The position numbers and the translations under genes are program-made. From Thermococcus sp. JdFR-02 (GTDB lineage Archaea; Methanobacteriota_B; Thermococci; Thermococcales; Thermococcaceae), in contig MTLP01000032.1 of NCBI GenBank assembly GCA_002009975.1, positions 32,001-96,000 on the forward strand: a DNA stretch of 64,000 nucleotides, read 5' to 3'. Positions within the stretch are counted from its first letter, which is position 1. Each line of letters begins with the position of its first letter. Below, in pieces: positions 50,786 to 60,541 of this stretch. Under the pieces are notes generated by a model. That model made no database searches, was not told the origin of the DNA, and saw only the letters and a list, made by a program, of their open reading frames with translations.

Positions 50786-51310
50786 TCACTGTTCTTCCAA
50801 TAAATCTTTGCAGCTCTCACAGACCCACTTACCCTTTATTTCAAATAGGGTTCCATATTGACCACAAACTTCACAGAATCCATAAACCTCGGGCTCTTCT
50901 ACTTCTTCCTCTTCCTCACGGCTGTTGAAATTTGCCAGTGCAGCCAATAAATCAGCGGCAGTTATGAATCCCACTGGTCTGCCAAGTTTAGTTACCAAAA
51001 GCCTTCTAATGCCCTTGTCCATCATTAAGTCAATTGCATCCTGTATCTCATAATCGTACTCTATTTTTACTGGATTCTTGCTCATTATCTCTTCTATTTT
51101 AACTTCCTTTGGATTTTTACCGACCGCAACTACCTTGTCCAGAATATCTCTATCCGTGACGATTCCTACAATGTCTTCCCCTTTCATAACAACTGCACTA
51201 CCAACCTTAGCCCTAGCTAAAACTTTAGCAGCCTTATCGACGGTATCGGTTGGTTTTACAACCACTGCCTTTCTCCTAAGCACTTGCTCCACAGTAATTC
51301 TTGCCCTCAT
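50786..51310 (-). CDS. CBS-domain protein with C-terminal zinc ribbon
   Basis: CBS pair (GIVTDRD, GFITAADL), CEVCG...CESC. Confidence 0.9.
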   Translation of the reverse strand: MRARITVEQVLRRKAVVVKPTDTVDKAAKVLARAKVGSAVVMKGEDIVGIVTDRDILDKVVAVGKNPKEVKIEEIMSKNPVKIEYDYEIQDAIDLMMDKGIRRLLVTKLGRPVGFITAADLLAALANFNSREEEEEVEEPEVYGFCEVCGQYGTLFEIKGKWVCESCKDLLEEQ

Positions 51311-51374
51311 TGTTAATTCCCTCCACTATTCTACATGGGCTTTTATGGAAATAAATTTTAAAAACATTTTGGGA

Positions 51375-52013
51375 CTAGAGATTTCTTCTCGATAAATAAT
51401 ATGTAAGCAAAAATGCTATGCTAAAAAACGCCACAATTGCCAATATTACTGAAATACCTGCTGGTAACTCGGCACCTTTTGATACTACTTCAGTTGAAGT
51501 GGGTGTAGTTGTAGTAGGGACTGGTGAAGCTGTCTTTTCTATCGCCATCTTCCTTATTTCCTCAGCAGTTTGTGTTATATTTTCTTGAACGCCCCATTCT
51601 CCAACAGGCTTCACAAGAGAATTCACAACCCTATAAACACCATAAGCTATAAACCCAGCGATGCTTAAGCTTATGATCTGTATCTTTTCAATTGTCCTTA
51701 AAATACGCTTTTTAAAAGAAGTTCTTGCAGGCATTAAAAGAATGGGCTTTGGAGAGGCTCTATAAAGTTTTACCTCCTGCAGTCTCTTCCCATACTTCTT
51801 TCCAGCAATTTCGATTAACCCAACACGTGACATTTTGTCAAGATGATACACGACCGTAGAAAGGGGCAAATTCAATCTATCTGCAACCTCAGAAGCGGAC
51901 AAGCTTTCTTCCTGAAGAAGTTTAAGAATAGATAAAGCTTTATCATTGATTAAAATCTGAGCGAGCTCTTTAGCCCTCTCATCATCAACGCTAATTGTCT
52001 CAAATTCAACCAT
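51375..52013 (-). CDS. ArsR-type HTH regulator with two TM helices
   Basis: SASEVADRLNLPLSTVVYHL HTH; hydrophobic C-terminal segments. Confidence 0.8.
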   Translation of the reverse strand: MVEFETISVDDERAKELAQILINDKALSILKLLQEESLSASEVADRLNLPLSTVVYHLDKMSRVGLIEIAGKKYGKRLQEVKLYRASPKPILLMPARTSFKKRILRTIEKIQIISLSIAGFIAYGVYRVVNSLVKPVGEWGVQENITQTAEEIRKMAIEKTASPVPTTTTPTSTEVVSKGAELPAGISVILAIVAFFSIAFLLTYYLSRRNL

Positions 52014-52137
52014 AAACTCACCTAAAAGAAAGTGAACAAACAAACTATTAAACTTTGCTTTTCACTTCAACTGAGCTTGAAGTAAAAATTTCTTAAATTA
52101 AAGATGATAGTGAAAAGGAGAGAAAAGCTAAATCAAA

Positions 52138-52413
52138 TCATGGCTTCTCCAAGATTATCTCAATTGTTGATGTGTTTGCTGTCCTGCCGTCAGCTGTTGG
52201 TAGCTCCTCTGTGCCGATCTTGATTTCCTTAACTCTAACCTCTGGCAAGAATCTGTTCCTGACGATCTCTGCAACGTCTACTGCCCTGCTAATGGCTCTA
52301 CCCCTTGCCTTAACACTAACTTCCTTTGCGCCCTCGTTGAATTGGGTTATAACGGCTAAAACATAGTTCATAACAGGCTTCTTTCCAATGTATACAACAT
52401 GTTCCTCTGCCAT
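52138..52413 (-). CDS. albA: DNA/RNA-binding protein Alba
   Basis: [35 protein letters not shown]. Confidence 0.97.
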
Positions 52414-52619
52414 CTTTTTGACCTCCTCGAAAAGTTTTGTCATAGCACTTTCGTAGTTATCTTATTAAATACTTTTCGGTTTATATACCAACTAAACCCT
52501 CAATTTTTCCATAAAATTATCAATTTTGTTAATTTTTCACATTACCCTGATGATATATGCATAAAAATGGCAAAAGAAAACAATTTTAAACCCTATTCTT
52601 ACACTTATTTGGTGATACA

Positions 52620-53975
52620 ATGGCTGTTCATCCTATTGATTATCGCTACGGTAGTGAAGAAATGAGGAAAATCTGGGAAGAAGAGACAAAACTCCAAAAG
52701 CTTTTAGATGTTGAAGCTGCTTTAGCTAAAGCTCACGCAAAAATTGGCAACATTCCTCTGGAAAGTGCCCAAGTAATAAGTGAGAAAGCAAGCACTAAGT
52801 ACGTAAAGCTCGAGAGAGTGAAGGAAATTGAAGCAGAGATACATCATGATATAATGGCTGTTGTTAAGGCTTTAAGCGAAGTGTGTGGTGAACATGGGAA
52901 ATACGTCCATTTAGGAGCAACCTCAAACGACATAATAGATACCGCCACCGCCCTACAAATAAGAGATGCTTTAAACATAGTTCTCAAGGATTTGAGAGAG
53001 ATTAGGACGATTTTAAAAGAACTGGCTAAAGAGCACAAATACACGGTCTGCATTGGAAGAACCCATGGTCAGCATGCAGTTCCCACCACCTATGGAATGA
53101 AATTCGCCATATGGTTAGACGAAATTCAAAGGCACATAGATAGACTGGAACAAGCAAAAGAGAGAATTTTGGTTGGACAGATGAGTGGCGCCGTTGGAAC
53201 AATGGCTTCTTTTGGTGACAAAGGTCTTGAGATTCAACATTTGGTCATGGAAGAGCTAAAACTGAAACCTGCAAGAATTAGCAATCAAATAATCCAAAGA
53301 GACGTTTATGCTGAATTGATAAGTATATTAGCCCTGATAGCCTCAACGCTTGACAAGATGGGATTGGAGATTAGAAACCTTCAAAGGACAGAAATTCTCG
53401 AAATCAGCGAACCTTTTGGTAAAAAACAAGTCGGCTCTTCAACTATGCCCCACAAGAGAAATCCAATAAGAACTGAAAAGATCTGCGGCTTAGCGAGAAT
53501 TATTTACTCAAACGTTCTCCCTGCTCTACTGAACAATCCACTATGGCATGAGAGAGATTTAACAAACTCATCAGCTGAAAGAGTTTTATTACCAGAAACC
53601 TTTATGCTCTTAGATGAAATGCTCAAAAACATGAAAAAAGTTCTTAGTGGCTTGGAGTTTTTCCCAGAGAACATTAAACGCAACTTATACTTAACAAACA
53701 ACCTAATCATGGCAGAGCCTTTAATGTTAAAGCTCACTGAAAAGGGCATGGGGAGGCAGGAGGCACACGAATTGGTTAGACAGCTGGCTATGAAAGCTTT
53801 TTATGAAAAGAGAGACCTCTTAGATGTTATTAAGGAGAGCGGAGAAGCGATGCAGTATTTAAGCAAAGAAGACGTCGAAAACCTAAAGCCAGAGAACTAC
53901 ATTGGCTTAGCCCCACAGATAGTGGATAACGTTATTGCGTACATAGAAGAGAAGGAAAAGCAAGAAAAGAATTAA
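52620..53975 (+). CDS. purB: Adenylosuccinate lyase
   Basis: HLGATSND, GRTHGQHA, GSSTMPHKRNP. Confidence 0.97.
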   Translation: MAVHPIDYRYGSEEMRKIWEEETKLQKLLDVEAALAKAHAKIGNIPLESAQVISEKASTKYVKLERVKEIEAEIHHDIMAVVKALSEVCGEHGKYVHLGATSNDIIDTATALQIRDALNIVLKDLREIRTILKELAKEHKYTVCIGRTHGQHAVPTTYGMKFAIWLDEIQRHIDRLEQAKERILVGQMSGAVGTMASFGDKGLEIQHLVMEELKLKPARISNQIIQRDVYAELISILALIASTLDKMGLEIRNLQRTEILEISEPFGKKQVGSSTMPHKRNPIRTEKICGLARIIYSNVLPALLNNPLWHERDLTNSSAERVLLPETFMLLDEMLKNMKKVLSGLEFFPENIKRNLYLTNNLIMAEPLMLKLTEKGMGRQEAHELVRQLAMKAFYEKRDLLDVIKESGEAMQYLSKEDVENLKPENYIGLAPQIVDNVIAYIEEKEKQEKN

Positions 53976-54205
53976 ACGCTCAACTCTTCCGTTTCTTCAT
54001 ATTTTCCTGACTTTTTGACAATTAGATAATAAATCACCGCTCCAATTATTCCAAGGAAGAAAGCCACTAAGACCCAAATCAATTTTTCTATGTCAGGCAT
54101 TTTCTTTTGAGCTGTTAGGACATCGTATATAACCCAAATTGTCGCTATCAACCCAATTAATCCCCAAAGCATGAACCATATACCTAACATGGCAATTCCT
54201 AACAT
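53972..54205 (-). CDS. PLDc_N-domain small membrane protein
   Basis: WVIYDV...EKLIWVLVAFFLGIIGAVIYY. Confidence 0.75.
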   Translation of the reverse strand: MLGIAMLGIWFMLWGLIGLIATIWVIYDVLTAQKKMPDIEKLIWVLVAFFLGIIGAVIYYLIVKKSGKYEETEELSV

Positions 54206-54506
54206 CTTTTTCCCTCCTGAAGTTGTATATCATAACTGTATTTTGAAGTAATATAAAAGATTTTTGCCAATATGTTAAAGAAATGCCCAAAAAGTTTTTA
54301 TATTGACTGCGCAATTTAAAGCTTTGGTGTCTTTAAATGTTCAGGAGTGAGGGTCTTTGGATTAAGTATTGCTAAAATAAGGAAAATCGCTTTTGAGTTA
54401 TCTTTTTCTATCGAAAATCAACTTCTGAATAGAATTCTCTCCAGTAATTGGCAGCTCAAAAATGCTGTTTTTGCTCTTACACTAACAACTATCGGAGGTG
54501 TTTTGT

Positions 54507-55805
54507 TTGGCTAGAGAAACTTGGGGAAGTAGAGTAGGTTTTGTTGCAGCAGCTGTAGGAAGTGCAGTAGGTTTAGGAAACATTTGGATGTTTCCATGGA
54601 GAGCAGGGACCTTAGGAGGAGCAGCGTTCTTGATACCATACTTGATTTTGCTTTTTGCGATTGGTGTTATAGCACTGACTGTGGAATGGACATTAGGAAG
54701 ATCAACAAAAGGCGGACCTATAGTGGCGTTTCAAAAAGCAGGACTTCCAGGAGGCAAATATCTCGGCTTGCTCGTAAACATTGTTATGGTAATGATATTT
54801 GCATTCTATTCGCTCGTGCTAGGATGGATACTAAGATACTTCATAGCAGCATTAACAGGAGAGCTCTTAAAGACCCACCCAGGAGCGTTCTTCGAAGGCT
54901 TAGCCTTTAGCAAAGAAGCCATGATATGGCAGTTTGTAGTCATAATGCTGACCGTCGCAATAGTAGCACTGGGAGTTCAAAAAGGAATAGAAAAAGCAAA
55001 CAAGATAATGATGCCCGCACTGTTTGCACTATTAATCATACTCGCTGTAAGAAGCGTAACTTTACCAAATGCCTATGAAGGTCTAAAGTTTTATCTATTG
55101 CCAGACATAAGCAAGGCATTAGCTCCAAAGACTTGGATGATAGCTCTATCCCAAATGTTCTTCTCATTAAGCGTTTTGGGTAACACAATGGTAGTTTATG
55201 GAAGCTATCTTAAAGAAAAGGATGATATTCCCCTTTCAGCAGTTGCAACAGCTTTTGGGGATACAGCAGTCGCTGTTACGGCAGGATTTTTGATCTTCCC
55301 AGCAGTATTTGCATTTGGTCTTGAGCCCGGAGCAGGTCCAGGGTTAGTCTTTGTCACACTACCAATGGTCTTCCAAAAAATGAGCGGAGGAACTTTCTTT
55401 GCTACGCTATTTTTCCTACTGCTGCTCTTTGCAGGGCTCTCATCAACGGTCTCAATGCTTGAAGTTTACGTTGACTCGGCAATAACAAAGCTAAACATGG
55501 ATAGGAAGAAAGCAGCGATCCTCTTAGGTCTGTTAACATTCATAATTGGAGCACCATCAGCCCTAAGCCCATATTACTTTGAGAGTATTCTAATAAACAT
55601 CTCAACAGTCTACATAGGACCCTTGGGAGCATTGATAGCGGCATTAGCTCTAATCAAGTTTGGAATTGAAAAAGCATACGAAGAGGTCAAGAAAGGCGCA
55701 TTATTTGAGGTTCCAACCTTCTGGAAGCCTTGGGTGAAATATGTATATCCAGCCGTGATAGTGCTGATATACCTGTACACAATATATGGAATGTTGGGAG
55801 GGTGA
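54507..55805 (+). CDS. Sodium-dependent NSS/SNF family transporter
   Basis: RETWGSRVGF, GSAVGLGNIWMFP, QMFFSLS, GPGLVF; TTG start after GGAGGTG. Confidence 0.93.
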   Translation: MARETWGSRVGFVAAAVGSAVGLGNIWMFPWRAGTLGGAAFLIPYLILLFAIGVIALTVEWTLGRSTKGGPIVAFQKAGLPGGKYLGLLVNIVMVMIFAFYSLVLGWILRYFIAALTGELLKTHPGAFFEGLAFSKEAMIWQFVVIMLTVAIVALGVQKGIEKANKIMMPALFALLIILAVRSVTLPNAYEGLKFYLLPDISKALAPKTWMIALSQMFFSLSVLGNTMVVYGSYLKEKDDIPLSAVATAFGDTAVAVTAGFLIFPAVFAFGLEPGAGPGLVFVTLPMVFQKMSGGTFFATLFFLLLLFAGLSSTVSMLEVYVDSAITKLNMDRKKAAILLGLLTFIIGAPSALSPYYFESILINISTVYIGPLGALIAALALIKFGIEKAYEEVKKGALFEVPTFWKPWVKYVYPAVIVLIYLYTIYGMLGG

Positions 55806-55808
55806 AAA

Positions 55809-55913
55809 ATGGATGCAGTCTACATAATTGCGGCAATAGTCTTAGTAATAGTCTATGGCCCTTTAATATGGGCTTTAAACAAACTAATGAAGGCTGAGCG
55901 AGCCTCTTCTTAA
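55809..55913 (+). CDS. Small single-TM protein, MetS-like NSS small subunit (34 aa)
   Basis: Translated by hand: MDAVYIIAAIVLVIVYGPLIWALNKLMKAERASS*; 3 nt after the transporter stop, GGAGGGTGA RBS. Confidence 0.72.
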   Translation: MDAVYIIAAIVLVIVYGPLIWALNKLMKAERASS

Positions 55914-55927
55914 TTTTTTATTTTTAG

Positions 55928-56998
55928 GTGAAACCCATGATAGCTTCAAAACTAAAAGATCTCTCAAAGATAAAACACGATTATGGAAAAGAACCTATCA
56001 AAAACAAACTTTTAGACTGCTCTCTTGGAAGTAATCCTTTTGGATGCTCACCAAAAGTTATAGAGGTTTTGGAAAGCATTAGGCTTGAGGACATATACAG
56101 ATATCCCCAATCTAATTACAAAACTCTAAAGGAGAGATTAGTCGAATATTGGGATAACGAATTCAAAGTTGATGACTTATTCATTGGGAACGGCTCTATG
56201 GGATGCTTAGAGAAAATTAACAAATTATTAAAGCCCAATTCAACAGTTCTCGGCTATTCGCCCCAATTTCTGCCATATATAAACGATGTTATTGCCAATG
56301 GTGCTGTTTATAAATATGTCCCATTAAAAAAGGAGGAAGATTTTGAGATAAGAATAGATAAGATAATTGAGAGACTGTCAGAGAATGTTGCTTTTCTTTA
56401 TGTTGATAATCCAAACAACCCAACTGGACAAGTTATAAAGCTTAAGGACATAGAAGAGCTTGTAAAGGAAGCCGAGAGAAAAAACATCGTTGTTATTGTA
56501 GACGAAGCTTATGGAGACTTTATGCCAAAAAAGAACTCTGCAATAAACTTAAACTATGAAAATCTTGTGGTTGTTAGATCATTCTCAAAAGGATTTGGAT
56601 TGGCTGGAGTTAGGATTGGTTATTGTGTTGTTAAAGGCAAAGTTTTGAAGAGACTAATTTCAAAAGTAGATATCCCTTTCTCAGTCACAGCAATCTCTGA
56701 AAAAATTGCTATAAAAGCGCTGGAGGATAGAGGATTTGTGAAAAACTCAATAAGAGAAGTGAGAAAAAGGAAGATTAAGCTGTTAAAAGCCTTAAGTAGG
56801 AAATTCCACATAGGAAAAACAAGCTTTAGCACGCCAATATTTCTCTGCGGTGGAAGAGATGCTACTTACTCCTATTTTCTTAAGAGGGGGATACTAACAG
56901 TTAGCGGAAAAGAATATTTGAATTTAGATGATTCCTATGTTCGCATAAGAGTTCCCAAGGAAGTTGATGAACTTCTAAGGAAAATCTCGCTGTTTTAA
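55928..56998 (+). CDS. HisC-like class I/II PLP aminotransferase
   Basis: NPFG, RYP, DNPNNPTG, VDEAYGDF, RSFSKGFGLAGVRIGY. Confidence 0.85.
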   Translation: MKPMIASKLKDLSKIKHDYGKEPIKNKLLDCSLGSNPFGCSPKVIEVLESIRLEDIYRYPQSNYKTLKERLVEYWDNEFKVDDLFIGNGSMGCLEKINKLLKPNSTVLGYSPQFLPYINDVIANGAVYKYVPLKKEEDFEIRIDKIIERLSENVAFLYVDNPNNPTGQVIKLKDIEELVKEAERKNIVVIVDEAYGDFMPKKNSAINLNYENLVVVRSFSKGFGLAGVRIGYCVVKGKVLKRLISKVDIPFSVTAISEKIAIKALEDRGFVKNSIREVRKRKIKLLKALSRKFHIGKTSFSTPIFLCGGRDATYSYFLKRGILTVSGKEYLNLDDSYVRIRVPKEVDELLRKISLF

Positions 56999-57443
56999 TT
57001 TTTAGTTACCTTTTGTTATCTTATTGAAACTGTTGGCTATCTCTCAGTTAATTCCATAAATCGCTACGCAATTAAGTTTTTTAATTGTTACTTTATAATT
57101 TTTTAATTTAAAACCCTTATTAATCTTAATTATTAACAAATTATAAAGGTAATTTAATATGTTCTAAAGTTTTATAAACCTACAATAATAGAAAATTAAA
57201 TACATAAACACATCAATAGTATAAAATCAAAAAAGTTTACTACTTAAATGCTTAATAAAAAATCGGATGAACAATAGTGGGCATAGCCCAAAGATAAGCA
57301 GGGTACGAAAGATAAGAGTTTTTTTCCTATTTATGCCCGACTTAGCAATACAATTTCCTATTACAATTCATGGTGGTAAAGAAATGCTCTTAACTTTGAA
57401 CAACAAGTATGTAAGTATGAAGGGATCATAGTGCGATTGAAAA

Positions 57444-57812
57444 GTGTCCTTTTGTCTTGGAATACTTATCACAGCTTTAATTATCTTATCAATAAGTATG
57501 AGTGTTTCCCTATCAACTTCATTGCTAAATTCACTGGACAAGCTTGTTCTAATTTATTCTGTTGTTTTATCTCTCCTTTCTATTGTATTTTTTTCTCTGC
57601 TTTTTCTTAGAAAGAATGTTAGAGAGCAGTATTCTCAGGATATAAAACAAATATCTAACCTAGAAAGGGAGTTCTTAAGTGTGGCAGGCATTTGGGGAAT
57701 ATTCTTATTCTTTATTGCCTTAATTTTAGTAATTGTTAAATTGCTTAGGGAGTTTTGGAGGTTCATAACCCACTTTTTAATGCTCATTCTTGTACACGAA
57801 TTTTGGATATAA
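57444..57812 (+). CDS. Possible hydrophobic membrane protein or degraded remnant
   Basis: 122-aa hydrophobic ORF with weak start in an AT-rich region. Confidence 0.3.
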   Translation: MSFCLGILITALIILSISMSVSLSTSLLNSLDKLVLIYSVVLSLLSIVFFSLLFLRKNVREQYSQDIKQISNLEREFLSVAGIWGIFLFFIALILVIVKLLREFWRFITHFLMLILVHEFWI

Positions 57813-57904
57813 GGTTCATTATATCCAAAAACTATGAACAAATGAATACAAAGAAACAAACCCAATCATGTGAGAGTTTGAACTAAAAAATGAGAGAAAG
57901 GATA

Positions 57905-58234
57905 TTAAGATCCTTTATAACTCCTCCACAAGCCAATTATGAATGCTGGACCAAGAAGCAATACTGGTGTAGCAATGCTTTTCATGTATAGGTAGAATGA
58001 TGTTGCCCCCATTCCAAAGGATGCAATATTCAGCAATGCCATAAGCCTTTTGTCCCTCTTATTTCTCGTTATTATATCTGAACCTACTTGCTCTATTGAC
58101 CAAAATGCCAGGAGGATGTATCCAAGAGCTGCTGGAATAGCTAAGAGTTTTGAAACACCACCTGAGAATGCCCCAATAAATAGGATCACCAATGCTCCTC
58201 CTGCATAGAATATAAATCCTAACAACTCTATCAT
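57905..58234 (-). CDS. Small membrane protein
   Basis: About four TM segments; ATG 58234 after GGAAGGG. Confidence 0.7.
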   Translation of the reverse strand: MIELLGFIFYAGGALVILFIGAFSGGVSKLLAIPAALGYILLAFWSIEQVGSDIITRNKRDKRLMALLNIASFGMGATSFYLYMKSIATPVLLLGPAFIIGLWRSYKGS

Positions 58235-58669
58235 GTTATCCCTTCCTATATTGTTACCAATAAACATTTTTAAATGTTTTTCGAGAACATGTTGGCTTAC
58301 CATCTTTAATTGTAATAGTATCTGTGATTCTAATTCTCGAGCTTAATTGAGTATTTTTATCAAAACATTATCTTTCACTTTCTGCATGCATATTTACAAC
58401 CATAAATAGTCAAAATTTTGAATTTTTTACAATTCATAATCTTAATAAAAAACTTTTTGATATCATAAAATGAAAATCTATATGCGAAGCAGTATTACAA
58501 GCATCAATATTTGTCATAATTATAAACATCAACAAATCTAAAATTCTTAACATTATAATAAGTAACAAATTCATCAATAAATTGAGAGATAAAGCAAGAG
58601 AGGTGTTAATATTTGCATATGCACAAAATTTTTAAAGTATTAGGTAAGCCTAATAATAGAGGTGAGGAA

Positions 58670-59530
58670 ATGCAAATAGCAGTTAGTGGAGGAAAAGGAG
58701 GAACAGGGAAATCAACTATTGCCATTAACTTAGCCATAGCTTTGAAAGAGCATTTTGACCTTGTTTTAGCAGATTTAGATGTAGAAGCACCAAATGATCA
58801 CTTGCTTTTGGGAGTTGAACTTCAAAATGAAAGTCCAGTGAATTCATTCATACCACACTTTGATTATTCAAAATGTATAAGGTGTAAAAAGTGCGCAGAA
58901 GTTTGTGAAGAAAACGCCATAATAACAATGAGAGATGGAACGCCTTTTCTAATGCCCACTTTATGCTCTGGCTGTAGGGCTTGTGAAATAGTTTGCCCAG
59001 TTCATGGAGCTATTTTAGAAGGACAAAAACTTATGGGTTATACTTACGAAACCCAAACTCCCTATGAATTCCCCTTAGTTACGGGTAAACTTCTTGAAGG
59101 TGAAGAAAGGGCAATGCCTATTGTTGTTGCTGCAAAAAGAAGAGCAAAGAAACTCAACAAAGAGCTTTTAGTAGTCGACACTGCTGCTGGAACTAGTAAT
59201 ACAGTTTCAAAAGCTTTGGAGGACTCCCAATTAATAATAGCTGTTACTGAACCAACGCCTTTAGGTTTACATGATTTAGGGTTAATTTTAGAGTTAGCGA
59301 AAATTATGGACATTGAAGCGTGGATAATTATTAACAGATCTGATTTAGGACCAAAAGAACCTATAAAAGAGCTTGCTGAGAAGTACAGTGCCAAAATTGT
59401 TGGTGAAATTCCATATAGTGAGCGCATAATCAAAAGCTACGTTGAGGGAAAACCCATTATTCTAACTGGATGTGAAGAGTCTGAAATTTTCAGGGGATTA
59501 GCTAAAAAGGTTATCAAATACTTGAGGTGA
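58670..59530 (+). CDS. MinD-family P-loop ATPase with inserted 2x[4Fe-4S] domain
   Basis: SGGKGGTGKST, DLDVEAPN, CIRCKKCAEVC, CSGCRACEIVCP, TEPTP. Confidence 0.9.
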   Translation: MQIAVSGGKGGTGKSTIAINLAIALKEHFDLVLADLDVEAPNDHLLLGVELQNESPVNSFIPHFDYSKCIRCKKCAEVCEENAIITMRDGTPFLMPTLCSGCRACEIVCPVHGAILEGQKLMGYTYETQTPYEFPLVTGKLLEGEERAMPIVVAAKRRAKKLNKELLVVDTAAGTSNTVSKALEDSQLIIAVTEPTPLGLHDLGLILELAKIMDIEAWIIINRSDLGPKEPIKELAEKYSAKIVGEIPYSERIIKSYVEGKPIILTGCEESEIFRGLAKKVIKYLR

Positions 59531-60426
59531 TGAAGATGCAAATTGTCATTGCGAGCGGCAAAGGAGGAGTTGGAAAATCAACGGTAAGTTCATCATTGAT
59601 ATACCTCCTTAAAGATAAGCATAAAATTATAGCAGTTGATGCCGATGCTGATGCACCTAACTTAGATTTGCTCTTTGGTGTCGAAACGTGGGAAGAGAAA
59701 AAAGAACTAACAGGGGCTAAAGTAGCTAGAATTAATCATGACAGATGTATCAAATGTGGTATCTGTGCTGAGAGATGCCCTTATGAGTGTATAAAGCTTA
59801 TTAACGGGAACTATGTTGTTAGTGACATAACCTGTGAAGGATGTGGAGTTTGTGCTTTGGTTTGTCCTGTTAAAGGGACAATAACTCTTGAAGAGGTCCG
59901 CTCTGGAGTAATAAAGAAGACGACAACTAAGTATGGTTTTCCCTTAATTTCCGCTCAATTAGACGTTGGAAGACCAAATTCTGGTAAATTAGTTACAGAA
60001 GAAAAGAATTGGGCAAAAAGAATTATGGAAAAGCAAAGATTAGAACATATGATAGTTGACTCTGCCGCTGGTATAGGCTGTCAGGTTATAGCGAGCGTTG
60101 GGGGGGCAGATGTAGCAATACTTGTTGCTGAGCCAACGCCAGCATCGTTAAGTGACTTAAAGAGGATTTACAAAGTTGTACAACACTTTAGAGAGCCCGC
60201 ATACATTGTAATCAACAAAGCTGACCTAAACCCCGGGTTTAAAGGCATTCATGAGTTTGCAGAGCAAGAGGGAATACCAATTTTAGGCGAGATTCCTTAT
60301 GATAGAGCCATTCCAGAGAGTATGATAAAAATGAAGCCAGTTGTTGAAGCCTTTCCAGATTCGAAGGCAAGCAAAGCTCTAAAAGAAATTGCAAAGACTG
60401 TTGAGGAAGAGATTCTAAAAAAATGA
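59527..60426 (+). CDS. MinD-family P-loop ATPase with inserted 2x[4Fe-4S] domain (paralog)
   Basis: SGKGGVGKST, DADADAPN, CIKCGICAERCP, CEGCGVCALVCP. Confidence 0.9.
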   Translation: MMKMQIVIASGKGGVGKSTVSSSLIYLLKDKHKIIAVDADADAPNLDLLFGVETWEEKKELTGAKVARINHDRCIKCGICAERCPYECIKLINGNYVVSDITCEGCGVCALVCPVKGTITLEEVRSGVIKKTTTKYGFPLISAQLDVGRPNSGKLVTEEKNWAKRIMEKQRLEHMIVDSAAGIGCQVIASVGGADVAILVAEPTPASLSDLKRIYKVVQHFREPAYIVINKADLNPGFKGIHEFAEQEGIPILGEIPYDRAIPESMIKMKPVVEAFPDSKASKALKEIAKTVEEEILKK

Positions 60427-60513
60427 ATATCCAAATTTTGCGGTTTATGATTTTCCGGAGGTGATGTCCAGCTTATCTCGACAGTCTCCTATCAATCAAA
60501 ATCCTTAAATAAC

Positions 60514-60541
60514 ATAATCACGATTATATAATCATGATTAT
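60514..60541. promoter_or_regulatory. Tandem 14-bp palindromes over the ATPase start codon
   Basis: ATAATCACGATTAT (60514-60527) followed directly by ATAATCATGATTAT (60528-60541), just after TATA-like CTTAAAT. Confidence 0.65.

Noticed and set aside
55928-56998. Assignment as hisC
   Set aside because: No his genes nearby and it is linked to a transporter, so substrate is left unassigned
60437-60490. Hairpin ggagg..tgtc / gaca..ctcc upstream of the ATPase gene
   Set aside because: Short imperfect stem with no recognisable RNA family
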